Source: Candidatus Zixiibacteriota bacterium
GTDB lineage: Bacteria > Zixibacteria > MSB-5A5 > UBA10806 > 4484-95
Assembly: GCA_037441845.1 (NCBI GenBank)
Contig: JBBIRK010000003.1
Span: 32,001 to 96,000, forward strand
Length of the DNA: 64,000 nucleotides
Reading direction: 5' to 3'
The notes under the pieces were generated by a model that was given only the letters and a program-made list of their open reading frames with translations, made no database searches and was not told where the DNA came from. Every line of letters begins with the position of its first letter. Within the stretch, counting starts at the first letter, position 1. The position numbers were made by a program, and so were the translations under genes. Positions 1 to 11,108 of the stretch are shown piece by piece.

Positions 1-1494
1 GTCCGCCTTGCACTCGAAGAGCTCGGACCCTCATTTATAAAACTGGGTCAAGTTCTTTCGACCAGGCCGTTCCTGCTGCCGTATGAGTATATCGCCGAAT
101 TGTCCCGCTTGCAGGATGAGGTCGAGCCGATGCCTTGGCAGCTTACCGAGAGTATCCTGCGAAAGGAACTCAAAGGCGATTTATCGGAATATTTCGCCTC
201 TATCGAACAGACGCCGATTGCTTCGGCCTCGCTGGCCCAGGTGCACAAAGCGGTATTGCACGATGGAACGGTTGTGGTCATTAAAATCCAGCGCGAGGGA
301 ATCAAGCGGATTATCGAGGCAGATATACGGATTTTCCGGGAGATCGCCGAATTGTTGGAAGGCAACGTACCGGAAAGCCGCCAGTTCAATCCTCCCGGCC
401 TGGTGGAGGAATTCGCACGAACGACGATGAAGGAACTGAATTTCCTCAATGAAGCCAGAAACATGGAAATCTTCGCCGCAAATTTCCGGAACGAGAAGGG
501 GATAAAGATACCCAAACTTTATCGACGATTCTGCACCTCCCGGATTTTGACGATGGAGTTGGTCGACGGCATCAAAATTTCGCATATAGGCGAGTTGAGG
601 CGATCGGCGATAGATACCGCTCAAGTATGCCGCAACGGCGCCCGGTTGGTGCTTAAAATGATTTTCGAGGATGGCTTTTTCCATGCCGATCCTCATCCGG
701 GGAACCTGTTCGTGCTCGATAACGGCGTAATTGCACCGGTCGATTACGGCATGATGGGCATTCTTTCGGAATCTCAAATGGACGAGCTTGCCGATTTGGT
801 GGCGGCTGTCATCTCCCGTGATTCCGCCGCCGTCGTGCGCGTCCTGCGAAGCTCAGGGGTGGTCGATGATACGGCGGATATGAAGAGGCTCGAGCAGGAT
901 ATCAGCGAGCTGATAGTCAGATATTATCGCGTTTCGCTGGGCGATATAAATGTGCGCGGCTTGATGGAGGAGTTGTATGCATTCGTTCAACAACACCGAA
1001 TCAAATTCCAAACCGAATTCATGCTGCTCGGAAAATCGCTGGTTACCTATGAAGAGCTCGCGCGACTTTTGGACCCCGATTTCGATCTGATTTCGGAGAT
1101 GTCGCCCTATATGAAGAATCTTCTGGCCAGAAAATATAATCCGCGAAGATTTCTCCGGGATTTCAAAGGGCTGGCGGATGAATTGCGCTGGCTTTTGACC
1201 CAATCGCCTCAAGAAATGCGCCAGGTCTTGCGGCGGTTGCGCCGCGGAGAATTACAGTTGCAGATGCGGGTGCAGAATCTCGATTCTTTTATCCGCGAAC
1301 TCGATCGTTCATCAAATCGCCTGTCGCTGTCGCTTCTGGTGGCGGCGCTGATAGTCGGATCATCGATCATCGCCACCATGCAAAAAGGTTACACCGTCTT
1401 CGATATACCGCTTCTGGGCCTGATCGGCTATCTGTTCGCCGCCATACTTGGCGTATTACTCGTGATATCTATACTGCGGTCCCGCAAAATATAG
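1..1494 (+). CDS. AarF/UbiB (ABC1) family atypical kinase, 5'-truncated by window
   Basis: Frame open from base 1 (VRLALEELGPSFIKLGQ); motifs IASASLAQVH, VIKIQR, FFHADPHPGN, DYGMMG; two C-terminal TM helices. Confidence 0.93.
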   Translation, partial: VRLALEELGPSFIKLGQVLSTRPFLLPYEYIAELSRLQDEVEPMPWQLTESILRKELKGDLSEYFASIEQTPIASASLAQVHKAVLHDGTVVVIKIQREGIKRIIEADIRIFREIAELLEGNVPESRQFNPPGLVEEFARTTMKELNFLNEARNMEIFAANFRNEKGIKIPKLYRRFCTSRILTMELVDGIKISHIGELRRSAIDTAQVCRNGARLVLKMIFEDGFFHADPHPGNLFVLDNGVIAPVDYGMMGILSESQMDELADLVAAVISRDSAAVVRVLRSSGVVDDTADMKRLEQDISELIVRYYRVSLGDINVRGLMEELYAFVQQHRIKFQTEFMLLGKSLVTYEELARLLDPDFDLISEMSPYMKNLLARKYNPRRFLRDFKGLADELRWLLTQSPQEMRQVLRRLRRGELQLQMRVQNLDSFIRELDRSSNRLSLSLLVAALIVGSSIIATMQKGYTVFDIPLLGLIGYLFAAILGVLLVISILRSRKI

Positions 1495-1623
1495 CTCATC
1501 ACCGTAATAACCCGATTTTGGAAGACGGCCGGAAACAAATTTCGTTTTCCGAAGTTACAATCAACGGCAGTAAAGACTTGACGGGAATGCCGATGGTATT
1601 ATTATATATTCGGGAGTTGGTAA

Positions 1624-2661
1624 ATGAGCTTCGCCGATTTATCCGAGCGCGAAAAGTTGATCCTGAAGGCGCTGATCGAGCATTATATCAACACCGCCGA
1701 GCCGGTCGGGTCGCGGACCCTCGCGAAAAAATATAATATAGGACTCTCGCCGGCATCGATTCGCAATATAATGAAGGACCTCGAGGAGATGGGTTATCTG
1801 AAACACCCTCATACCTCGGCCGGCAGAATTCCGACGGCGAACGCCTATCGCAGTTATGTTGATCATCTGCTCACTCCCGAAAAGATATCATCCGACGAGA
1901 AATCCATAATCGATGAACAGATAGGCTCCGATTATCGGGCTATCGACGTCTTGCTCGAACATACCTGTAGAATCCTGAGCAACTTATCCAATCAATTGAG
2001 CGTGGCGCTGGTTTCGCGTTTCGAAGCGGCGGTTTTGACCCGGCTCGAGCTGATCCCGGTGGCCGAAAAAAGGTTGCTTGTCGTTCTGGTTTTACAATCG
2101 GGATTCGTGAAATCGATAATTTTGGAAACTTCGGTCGATTTGTCGGATATCGCCCTGAACCAGACAGCCCAGATATTGAATGAAAGGTTGTGCGGGCTCA
2201 CTTTGGGAGAAATCCGTAGAACGATAGGGGAAAGGATAAGGGATTCGCAGCAGGGTGATCCCAAATTGATTAGATTGTTGGTGGAGGGTGGTGAAGATTT
2301 ATGGGATTTTCCGGATAATCAGTATTTTCATTTCGCCGGAACCTCGAATCTTTCCAAGCAGCCCGAATTTCAGGATCCTCGGGATGTGGCCCAGGTCGTG
2401 TCGCTGGTGGAAAATAAAAGCGCGCTAAGAGAACTTCTTGAGAGCTCAGGAATCAACGAAGGTATCGCCGTCATGATCGGACACGAAAGTCTTGCCGCCA
2501 GCGGCGAGCAGATATCGCTTCTGACCTCGTCTTACAACGCGGTGGGAATGAAAGGCGTGATCGGCATTATCGGTCCCACGCGGATGAATTATTCCCGCCT
2601 GGTGAGTCTGATGGGTTATACCGCCAAGATGCTTTCGAATATTCTCACGGATAAATCTTGA
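1624..2661 (+). CDS. hrcA: Heat-inducible transcription repressor HrcA
   Basis: Motifs YINTAEPVGS, SPASIRN, HPHTSAGRIPT, IGIIGPTRMNY; upstream of grpE. Confidence 0.97.
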   Translation: MSFADLSEREKLILKALIEHYINTAEPVGSRTLAKKYNIGLSPASIRNIMKDLEEMGYLKHPHTSAGRIPTANAYRSYVDHLLTPEKISSDEKSIIDEQIGSDYRAIDVLLEHTCRILSNLSNQLSVALVSRFEAAVLTRLELIPVAEKRLLVVLVLQSGFVKSIILETSVDLSDIALNQTAQILNERLCGLTLGEIRRTIGERIRDSQQGDPKLIRLLVEGGEDLWDFPDNQYFHFAGTSNLSKQPEFQDPRDVAQVVSLVENKSALRELLESSGINEGIAVMIGHESLAASGEQISLLTSSYNAVGMKGVIGIIGPTRMNYSRLVSLMGYTAKMLSNILTDKS

Positions 2662-2713
2662 CAGGCATTCGATATTTCCTTAAATACGATGCCCAAAGTG
2701 ATCGGGATTCATT

Positions 2714-3289
2714 ATGCGATCTGAGGAAATATTACCGGAGCAGGAAAATAGCGGAAATCCTGATTTGGATATTAAGCAGGCGGCGGAAGCCGGTCCCGAA
2801 GGTGCCGAAAAGCAGGTCGAAAACGAACAATCGATAATTCAAGTAAGGGAAAAATACAAAGAGCTCGAGGATAAATATCTGCGTTTGGCGGCAGAATTCG
2901 AAAATTATAAAAAGCGGATGGCAAGGGAACATATCCGCATCATGGAAACATCGACGGACGATTACAGCCGCGACCTGCTGGATATTATCGACGATTTCGA
3001 ACGAGCCCTCGGTCATTCCGGCGCCGATAACGATGTCCTAAGACAAGGCATGGAGTTGATTCTCGCCAAAATGAATGATATTCTCAAAAAAAGAGGAATC
3101 GAAAAAATGTCCGCGGTCGGCGAGCATTTCGATCCCGCGTTGCATGAGGCGGTGGCGCAGATAGAATCGGATACGGCGGAGGAAGGAATCATTTTGGAGG
3201 AGATACAAAAAGGCTACCGGGCCAATGGTCGAATTCTAAGACCTGCCCGGGTGGCGGTAGCCAAAAAAAAGGAGCATCAACCGGGTTGA
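2714..3289 (+). CDS. grpE: Nucleotide exchange factor GrpE
   Basis: LRLAAEFENYKKR, FDPALHEAV, QKGY..GRILRPARV. Confidence 0.97.
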   Translation: MRSEEILPEQENSGNPDLDIKQAAEAGPEGAEKQVENEQSIIQVREKYKELEDKYLRLAAEFENYKKRMAREHIRIMETSTDDYSRDLLDIIDDFERALGHSGADNDVLRQGMELILAKMNDILKKRGIEKMSAVGEHFDPALHEAVAQIESDTAEEGIILEEIQKGYRANGRILRPARVAVAKKKEHQPG

Positions 3290-3673
3290 TTTAAGACGTC
3301 CGATTACTTTCGAAATGCGGTTGATTCATCGTCCGGAAAGTTAGCGGTCGCAGAGGCCCCGAGAAATAATCCGGATGTCCCAACGATAGTCGCAGGAATA
3401 TCCGCGGCTATATTGTGTTTGTTAGGATTTCATTTATCACCGCTATTTCATATCGGAGTCGTTGATTTAGTTTTGCTCCCGGCAGTTTCGATAAGGATTT
3501 CTTATCACTGCGAACCGGCGATGGCGCAAAGGAGTTGCGGATCGATTTCCGCATGCCGTAATAATATTGAAATCAACACGAAAGCAGAGTGAGGAAAGAA
3601 TCGTCGCTGAGGGGATGTCGACCTTCCGGAAAGCTGCTTGGCACTTTTCAAGGAGAAAGGCGAAAGAGTCAGC

Positions 3674-4546
3674 ATGACCAGGGTAATTGGCATTGTCAAT
3701 CTCAAAGGCGGAGTCGGGAAGACCACCACCTGCGCCAATCTCGGCGCAGCCCTTGCCCTTAAAGGTTTTCGAACGCTGCTGGTGGATTTGGATCCTCAGA
3801 AAAGCCTGTCGACATGGGCCGGTGTCTCCGACTTTCCCTCGATCGGTGAGGTTCTGCTGGGCGAAATCCATCCCCAGAGAGCGGTGGCGCGCTGGGAAAA
3901 ACTGAACTGCTGGATCATTCCGGCCGGCAGGGATCTGCGCGCGAAAGCCGATCAACTTGTCCAGGCCGACCGCCGCGAATATCTCCTACAAGACAAAATC
4001 TCGGCTCTCGAAGGCTTCGACGTGATTTTGATCGATTCCGCGCCTTCGTACGAACTCCTCACGATCAACGCTATTTGCGCTTCCACGGAAATAATCGTTC
4101 CTTTGCAAACCGAAATTCTCGCGCTCGAAAGCACAATTCCGTTTTTCGAAACCCTCGGCGAAATAAAAAGCAAATTTCACCCTCGTCTGCGGATCGCCGG
4201 TATTCTGCCTTCGATGTTCGATTCCCGCACGAACCTATCTAAAACGATTCTCGACCAGATGCGATCTTCGGAACATCTAGGTCCGCTACTGTTCAAAACG
4301 TATATCAGGAAAAACGTCAAGGTGGCCGAAACGCCGGCGCACGGGTTCGCTATCACGAGATACTCTTCTTCGTATGGGGCCGAGGATTATCGGCATTTGG
4401 CGGACGAACTTATAGAGCGTATCGATCTACCGTTATTCGAAAAAATCGAATCACCGCCTGATGGGGCCATGGCGGCGCCGGTCGATTCGCCGCCGACCGA
4501 ATACGTCGCCATAGAAATGATAGGCGAAGACGTCGAGGAAAAATAA
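3674..4546 (+). CDS. ParA/Soj family ATPase (orphan, no parB nearby)
   Basis: Deviant Walker A NLKGGVGKTT, LLVDLDPQ, ILIDSAP; ATG at 3674 chosen over upstream TTG. Confidence 0.9.
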   Translation: MTRVIGIVNLKGGVGKTTTCANLGAALALKGFRTLLVDLDPQKSLSTWAGVSDFPSIGEVLLGEIHPQRAVARWEKLNCWIIPAGRDLRAKADQLVQADRREYLLQDKISALEGFDVILIDSAPSYELLTINAICASTEIIVPLQTEILALESTIPFFETLGEIKSKFHPRLRIAGILPSMFDSRTNLSKTILDQMRSSEHLGPLLFKTYIRKNVKVAETPAHGFAITRYSSSYGAEDYRHLADELIERIDLPLFEKIESPPDGAMAAPVDSPPTEYVAIEMIGEDVEEK

Positions 4547-4580
4547 CACCGCGCAGTTCCGCAAAGTGAAAGGAGACGCG

Positions 4581-4805
4581 ATGAACATATCGATCGAGTA
4601 TTGCGTAATGTGAAACTATCTGCCGAAAGCGGCCGGGCTGGCCTCTCAAATCGAAAATAGATACGGCATCAAACCGAAACTGATCGAATCGGGTGGCGGT
4701 GTGTTCGAAATCGTCGTCAACGGCGTGCTGATTTTTTCCAAGAAGAAGCTGGGTAGATTCCCGGAAACAGAGGAAATATTCGGGGTTATTGATAAAATGA
4801 AGTGA
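4581..4805 (+). CDS. SelW/SelT/SelH (Rdx) family selenoprotein, CxxU motif, TGA 4611-4613 read as Sec
   Basis: AGGAG RBS at 4571-4575, ATG 4581; translation MNISIEYCVMU-NYLPKAAGLASQIENRYGIKPKLIESGGGVFEIVVNGVLIFSKKKLGRFPETEEIFGVIDKMK; Rdx hallmarks IEYCxxU, GGVFEI, FSKK..GRFP lie on both sides of the TGA. Confidence 0.9.
4631..4643 (+). promoter_or_regulatory. Candidate bacterial SECIS hairpin
   Basis: GGCC-GGGCT-GGCC stem-loop starting 18 nt after the in-frame TGA, loop begins with G. Confidence 0.5.
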
Positions 4806-4999
4806 GAACGGGCGTCAAGCGGTTTTGCATAAACGCGCGCGTGTCGATTCGTTGACATCGTTTTGGTTCACCGTTCGACAACAATCAAATAAAACTTGTC
4901 CTGATCGTGGATTAACATTATAATCGGTTCTCTTGACACGATAACGATGGAAAAAATTGCGGCAGGTAAAGCCGACCATCCGTTTTCGAAAGGGCCGAA

Positions 5000-5803
5000 T
5001 TGATCACTCTGCTTAAATATGCCATATCTATCGCCATATGGTTGATGGTGGCTTTTGCATTCTTGATCGCCGGTAATCCCCAGCTGTTCGCTTTCTGGGC
5101 GCTTTTCGGATTCATTCTGCTGCTCGGCTGGTTTTTCAAAGTCTTATGGAAATGGTTTGTCGGCATTTTTTTCCCCTCGGTTCAGCCACGCGTATATATT
5201 CTGTTCATTCTTATCATAGTGGCGGTTTTTCTTTTGTTGTTCGAATCATTCATTATACCTAAGTGGAATACTTGGAACGCCGAGAAGGAAGATATCGAAA
5301 GAGAATATCCAATCGATAAAATAATGCCCCAGGCGAAAACCACGGTGATCAGGGCGATCAGAATCGACGCCCATCCGAAGAAGGTTTATCCTTTCGTTCA
5401 AAAACTGGCCACCGAGGGGATTCTCAGTTTCAAAGTAAACCTGCTCGATCTCATCAGAAACCATCCGGCCACAATGATCATTCAGGATCTGCCCGAAATC
5501 GAGGTCGGTGATCGCTTTCTGGCTGGTGATGTGGTGCAGGCCAAAGACAACCAGGGGATAACGATCGAGCTTTATCGCCAGAGTTTTCCGTTCAACCGAT
5601 TCAACCGAATTTGCGCCGGTTACTATCTCGGAAAAGGCGATAAAAACTCGACTTTGCTGCTATTGAAAATAAAAGCCGATTATTCCGGATTCATACCATG
5701 GTTTTCCGCCAAATATCTGATCGAAGTAGCCGATTATTTCGTTTCGAGATATCAGCTGAATCGGGTTAAAGTTCTCGCTGAAAAGGCTGATTCCAAAGAT
5801 TAG
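5000..5803 (+). CDS. Hypothetical membrane protein (about 3 TM helices plus SRPBCC-like soluble domain)
   Basis: Hydrophobic N-terminal ~85 aa; RAIRIDAHPKKVYPFV resembles the SRPBCC N-terminal strand-helix. Confidence 0.65.
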   Translation: MITLLKYAISIAIWLMVAFAFLIAGNPQLFAFWALFGFILLLGWFFKVLWKWFVGIFFPSVQPRVYILFILIIVAVFLLLFESFIIPKWNTWNAEKEDIEREYPIDKIMPQAKTTVIRAIRIDAHPKKVYPFVQKLATEGILSFKVNLLDLIRNHPATMIIQDLPEIEVGDRFLAGDVVQAKDNQGITIELYRQSFPFNRFNRICAGYYLGKGDKNSTLLLLKIKADYSGFIPWFSAKYLIEVADYFVSRYQLNRVKVLAEKADSKD

Positions 5804-5834
5804 CGGATCAGCTTAAAGCCGACGGCCGAACGGT

Positions 5835-7061
5835 ATGCAGGAAATAGCGATATTCATCGTTGGACTTATAAGTGGCGCGGCTGCGGTGTATTTTATCATG
5901 AAAAGCCGCCAAAAGCAGATGAGCGAATTAGCGCTCGAAACAGCCCGACAGGCGAACCTTGAAAGAATGGCCGATTATCAGGGGATTTTCGCCAACCTCA
6001 AAGATTCATTCTATTCGGTTTCCCTCGATGCTCTCGACAAAAATATAAAAAACTTTCTCGAGATGGCCAAGACCACGCTTTCGGAACAGGCGGCGGTTGG
6101 ATTGAAAGATATCGAATCGAAAAAGGACATCATTTTCCAGACCTGTCAGAATATCAAAGAGGAAGTCAATCGGCTGCGCGATCAAATGGGCGCGCTCGAC
6201 AAGGATTATCGGCTCCAACATGGCGAGATTTCAGAACTCATGAAGACCACTCAGGGACAGATGTTGAGATTGGCGGATATCACGGGCAGGTTGGGTGAGG
6301 CGCTTGCCTCGGCGGGAGCACGCGGCCAATGGGGCGAAAGGATGGCCGAGGACGTGCTCAGATTCGCCGGATTTATAGAGGGAATCAACTATTTCAAACA
6401 AAAAACGAATGTAGGCGGCGGCCGGCCCGATTTCACGTTTCCGATTCCGCCCAACCACAAACTGTTCATGGACGTGAAATTCCCTTTCGATAATTACCGA
6501 AACTACCTGGAGGCCTCGTCGGAGGAAGAAAGAGAACGCCTGAAAGTCCGCTTTTTGAAAGACGTCCATTCCCATATCAAGTCCATCGCCGAACGCAATT
6601 ACGCCGGCACCGATGAGAACGCACTTGATCTGGTGTTGCTTTTCGTCCCCAATGAACAGATCTTCTCTTTTATCAATCAGCATGATTTTGGTTTAATCGA
6701 AAAGGCGGTTTCCCAGAAGATCGTAATCTGCTCCCCCATGACTCTTTTCGCGATACTGGTGCTTATCAGGCGCGCCACCGAAAATTTCAATCTCGAAAAG
6801 ACTGCCTCCCAGATCCTGAAATTGCTCGGCGAATTTTCCCGACAATGGATTGCCTTCATAGAAAGCCACGAAAAGGTCGGCAAAAGAATAGAACAGCTTC
6901 AGGATGAATTCGGTAAGCTGGTCTCGACCCGCAAGAACCAATTGCAAAAGCCTCTTGACAAGATCGAGGAGCTGCGCCGATCGCGCGGATTGCCTGCGAT
7001 TACCGAGATGGACGGCGTAAGCGGAAAGATCCCGCCGGACGAAGAAGAATCCGCCATTTAG
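5835..7061 (+). CDS. rmuC: DNA recombination protein RmuC
   Basis: N-terminal TM and coiled coil; RGQWGE, RPDF, MDVKFP, LFVPNE, SPMTL motifs. Confidence 0.92.
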   Translation: MQEIAIFIVGLISGAAAVYFIMKSRQKQMSELALETARQANLERMADYQGIFANLKDSFYSVSLDALDKNIKNFLEMAKTTLSEQAAVGLKDIESKKDIIFQTCQNIKEEVNRLRDQMGALDKDYRLQHGEISELMKTTQGQMLRLADITGRLGEALASAGARGQWGERMAEDVLRFAGFIEGINYFKQKTNVGGGRPDFTFPIPPNHKLFMDVKFPFDNYRNYLEASSEEERERLKVRFLKDVHSHIKSIAERNYAGTDENALDLVLLFVPNEQIFSFINQHDFGLIEKAVSQKIVICSPMTLFAILVLIRRATENFNLEKTASQILKLLGEFSRQWIAFIESHEKVGKRIEQLQDEFGKLVSTRKNQLQKPLDKIEELRRSRGLPAITEMDGVSGKIPPDEEESAI

Positions 7062-7214
7062 CGGAGAATCGACTTCCAGAACGTGCGCAAAAACCGCGAA
7101 ACGAATTTCCCGACCGCATCCGTCCTCTTGATTTTGCCGGAATATTTTATTATAAATAACCAACTTATGAACGATCGATAGATTCGAATCGAGGCAAGCA
7201 AGGAGCGTCATGAT

Positions 7215-9131
7215 ATGTCCAAAGTAATCGGCATCGATCTCGGAACCACCAATTCCTGCGTGGCCATAATGGAAGCCGGCGAACCGAAAGTGATCCCTAA
7301 TCCGGATGGGTCCCGCACGACTCCATCGGTGGTCGCATTCGTCAAGAGCGGCGAACGGCTGGTGGGGCAAACGGCCAAAAGGCAGGCGATCACCAATCCC
7401 GAGAACACCATATTTTCGATAAAAAGGTTCATGGGCCGCCGTTACGCCGAAGTTGCCTCTGAGGAAAAACTCGTCCCTTATAAGGTAACCAGAGCGCCCA
7501 ACGATGACGTTCGGATTATCGCGGGCGGCAAGGAATACGCCCCGCCGGAAATCTCGGCGATGATATTACAGTACCTGAAACGGGCGGCCGAGGACTACTT
7601 GGGCGAAACGGTCAGCAAGGCCGTAATTACGGTTCCCGCCTATTTCAACGACAGCCAGAGGCAGGCCACCAAAGACGCCGGTGAGATTGCCGGATTGGAA
7701 GTGTTAAGAATTATCAACGAACCGACGGCCGCTTCTCTTGCCTATGGTCTCGAAAAAAAGAAAGACGAAAAAATCGCAGTCTATGATCTGGGCGGCGGCA
7801 CTTTCGATATTTCGATTCTCGAGCTGGGCGAGGGTGTCTTCGAGGTAAGAGCCACCAACGGAGATACGCATCTGGGAGGTGACGATTTTGATCAACGGAT
7901 AATCGATTGGCTGGCGGATGAATTCAAGAAATCGAACGGGATCGATTTACGCAACGATAGAATGGCACTGCAAAGACTGAAAGAAGCCGCCGAAAAGGCC
8001 AAATGCGAGCTTTCGAGCACTATGCAAACCAATATCAATCTGCCGTTTATCACGGCCGATCAAAGCGGCCCCCGCCATCTCGATATAACTCTTACCCGAG
8101 CCAAGTTGGAACAGCTGGTCGATGATTTGATTCAGCGCACTATCGAGCCCTGCCGGCAAGCATTGCGCGATGCGCGCCTTTCGCCTAGCGACATAAACGA
8201 AGTCGTCCTGGTGGGTGGCATGACCAGGATGCCCAAAGTCCAGGAAATCGTCCGCGAATTATTCGGAAAGGAGCCGCATAAAGGAGTCAATCCCGACGAA
8301 GTGGTCGCCATAGGAGCCGCGATCCAGGCGGGCGTCCTGGCCGGTGATGTCAAGGATGTGTTACTGCTCGATGTCACCCCGTTATCGCTCGGAATCGAGA
8401 CGTTGGGAGGAGTGTTCACCAAGCTGATCGAAAGAAACACGACCATTCCCACGCGCAAGTCGCAGATTTTTTCGACCGCCGCCGACAATCAGCCTGCCGT
8501 TTCTATCCACGTCCTGCAGGGCGAGCGGGAGATGGCGATTTACAACCGCACTTTGGGTCGATTCGATCTGGTCGGCATTCCGCCGGCCCCGCGCGGCGTG
8601 CCGCAGATCGAGGTTACGTTCGATATCGATGCCAACGGTATATTGCATGTTTCCGCCAAAGACCTCGGAACCGGCAAAGAACAATCTATCAAGATCGAAT
8701 CATCCTCCGGACTATCCAAAGAGGAAGTGGAGAAGATGAAACGCGATGCCGAATTGCACGCCGGTGAGGATAAGGCACGGCGGGAATTGGTCGAGGCCAA
8801 AAATAAAGCTGACAGCATCATTTATTCGACCGAGAAGTCGCTTAAAGAATATGGCGATAAACTTTCCCCGGAGGAACGGTCGCGAATCGAAAAGGCGATA
8901 GAGTCGTGCCGGGAGGCGGCAAAATCCGACAATATCGGTACCATAAACAAAGCTTGCGACGATTTGGTGAGTGCATCCCATAAACTGGCCGAAGAGCTCT
9001 ATAAACACGCATCCTCCACCAAAAAAGATCAGGATGATGCAGGTGCGGGTGAAAAAGCCCAGAGCCCGGGAGCGAAAGATAAGGGTGATGGCGCCGTGGA
9101 TGCTGATTTCGAGGTTGTAGACGACAAGTAA
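7215..9131 (+). CDS. dnaK: Chaperone DnaK (Hsp70)
   Basis: [32 protein letters not shown]-terminal VDADFEVV. Confidence 0.99.
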   Translation: MSKVIGIDLGTTNSCVAIMEAGEPKVIPNPDGSRTTPSVVAFVKSGERLVGQTAKRQAITNPENTIFSIKRFMGRRYAEVASEEKLVPYKVTRAPNDDVRIIAGGKEYAPPEISAMILQYLKRAAEDYLGETVSKAVITVPAYFNDSQRQATKDAGEIAGLEVLRIINEPTAASLAYGLEKKKDEKIAVYDLGGGTFDISILELGEGVFEVRATNGDTHLGGDDFDQRIIDWLADEFKKSNGIDLRNDRMALQRLKEAAEKAKCELSSTMQTNINLPFITADQSGPRHLDITLTRAKLEQLVDDLIQRTIEPCRQALRDARLSPSDINEVVLVGGMTRMPKVQEIVRELFGKEPHKGVNPDEVVAIGAAIQAGVLAGDVKDVLLLDVTPLSLGIETLGGVFTKLIERNTTIPTRKSQIFSTAADNQPAVSIHVLQGEREMAIYNRTLGRFDLVGIPPAPRGVPQIEVTFDIDANGILHVSAKDLGTGKEQSIKIESSSGLSKEEVEKMKRDAELHAGEDKARRELVEAKNKADSIIYSTEKSLKEYGDKLSPEERSRIEKAIESCREAAKSDNIGTINKACDDLVSASHKLAEELYKHASSTKKDQDDAGAGEKAQSPGAKDKGDGAVDADFEVVDDK

Positions 9132-9446
9132 TCCAAATTCCCGCTTGTTCGATCGAGATCGGTCATTCGGGCAGAAGATGGTCGGGTTTTGGGAATCCGG
9201 TTAATATAGTTCGAATAAATTTCGCATGATCCCGGGTGACGGCGCCGCCGCACGGCGATGGCCGTATTCTCATAGGGCGGGTCGGCCCAGTGTATCAACT
9301 TTGGTTCTATTATCGCAATTAAACTAATCGGCCCCAATTTTCATTTGACTATGGCGAAAAGCGCGTTATATTGAAATAAATCGTCGGGATAACTGCATTA
9401 AAGCCCGCTCGGGTTGATAATATCGCCGAAGCATGCGGTGCACTTT

Positions 9447-9815
9447 ATGGTGGCCTTTATGGGAGCGATAGAGACTGAGATTAAAAATTGGCTTTCGGCT
9501 CAGGGACTGGCCTTTTCGATTAAACCCGAAACCTTCGCGATCGATGGAGACGGGCCGAGGCCGTTTATTTTTTCTCCGACTTTCCGGATCGAAAACACGA
9601 GCATTAAAGGCCGTACGATAATGGTCGAGCCGGTGATGTCGTTCGCCCCTCAGGCCGGTCTGCGTCGGGTCCAAGCATTCAGCCGACGATTCAAGGATAA
9701 GTATTACGTCGTTCTGATCGTGAAAAAAAGAATGTTGAGTAGAATTCCCGCCGACGCCTACGATAAATTGTTGGTGATTGAAGATCTGAAAAACGCCCGG
9801 ATCGCTCCCGAATAA
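9447..9815 (+). CDS. Hypothetical protein, possible degenerate PD-(D/E)XK-like fold
   Basis: Open frame filling the dnaK-dnaJ gap with an upstream TTGACT-16-TATATT promoter-like site; start uncertain (9414/9447/9459). Confidence 0.6.
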   Translation: MVAFMGAIETEIKNWLSAQGLAFSIKPETFAIDGDGPRPFIFSPTFRIENTSIKGRTIMVEPVMSFAPQAGLRRVQAFSRRFKDKYYVVLIVKKRMLSRIPADAYDKLLVIEDLKNARIAPE

Positions 9816-9904
9816 ACGCGAATTCGTCGATTCCTTTTGGAGACTCTACTACCTGCCGCAATGAGCAAACACGCCGTTTTCCTGTCGTTTTCATACCCGC
9901 ATTA

Positions 9905-9933
9905 TTGACTTAGGCTATGGTATGTTCTATATT
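9905..9933 (+). promoter_or_regulatory. Sigma70-like promoter for dnaJ
   Basis: TTGACT-17 nt-TATATT. Confidence 0.55.
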
Positions 9934-9951
9934 CTGCCGATTATTAATTGA

Positions 9952-11106
<1,155 letters not shown>

Positions 11107-11108
11107 TT

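Noticed and set aside
3638..3664. TTGGCACTT half-site resembling CIRCE or a sigma-54 -24 box upstream of parA
   Set aside because: Second CIRCE half matches only about 5/9, and there is no GC at the -12 position
4646..4858. Minus-strand 70-aa ORF from the ORF track
   Set aside because: Antisense shadow of the selenoprotein gene, which has an RBS and family motifs
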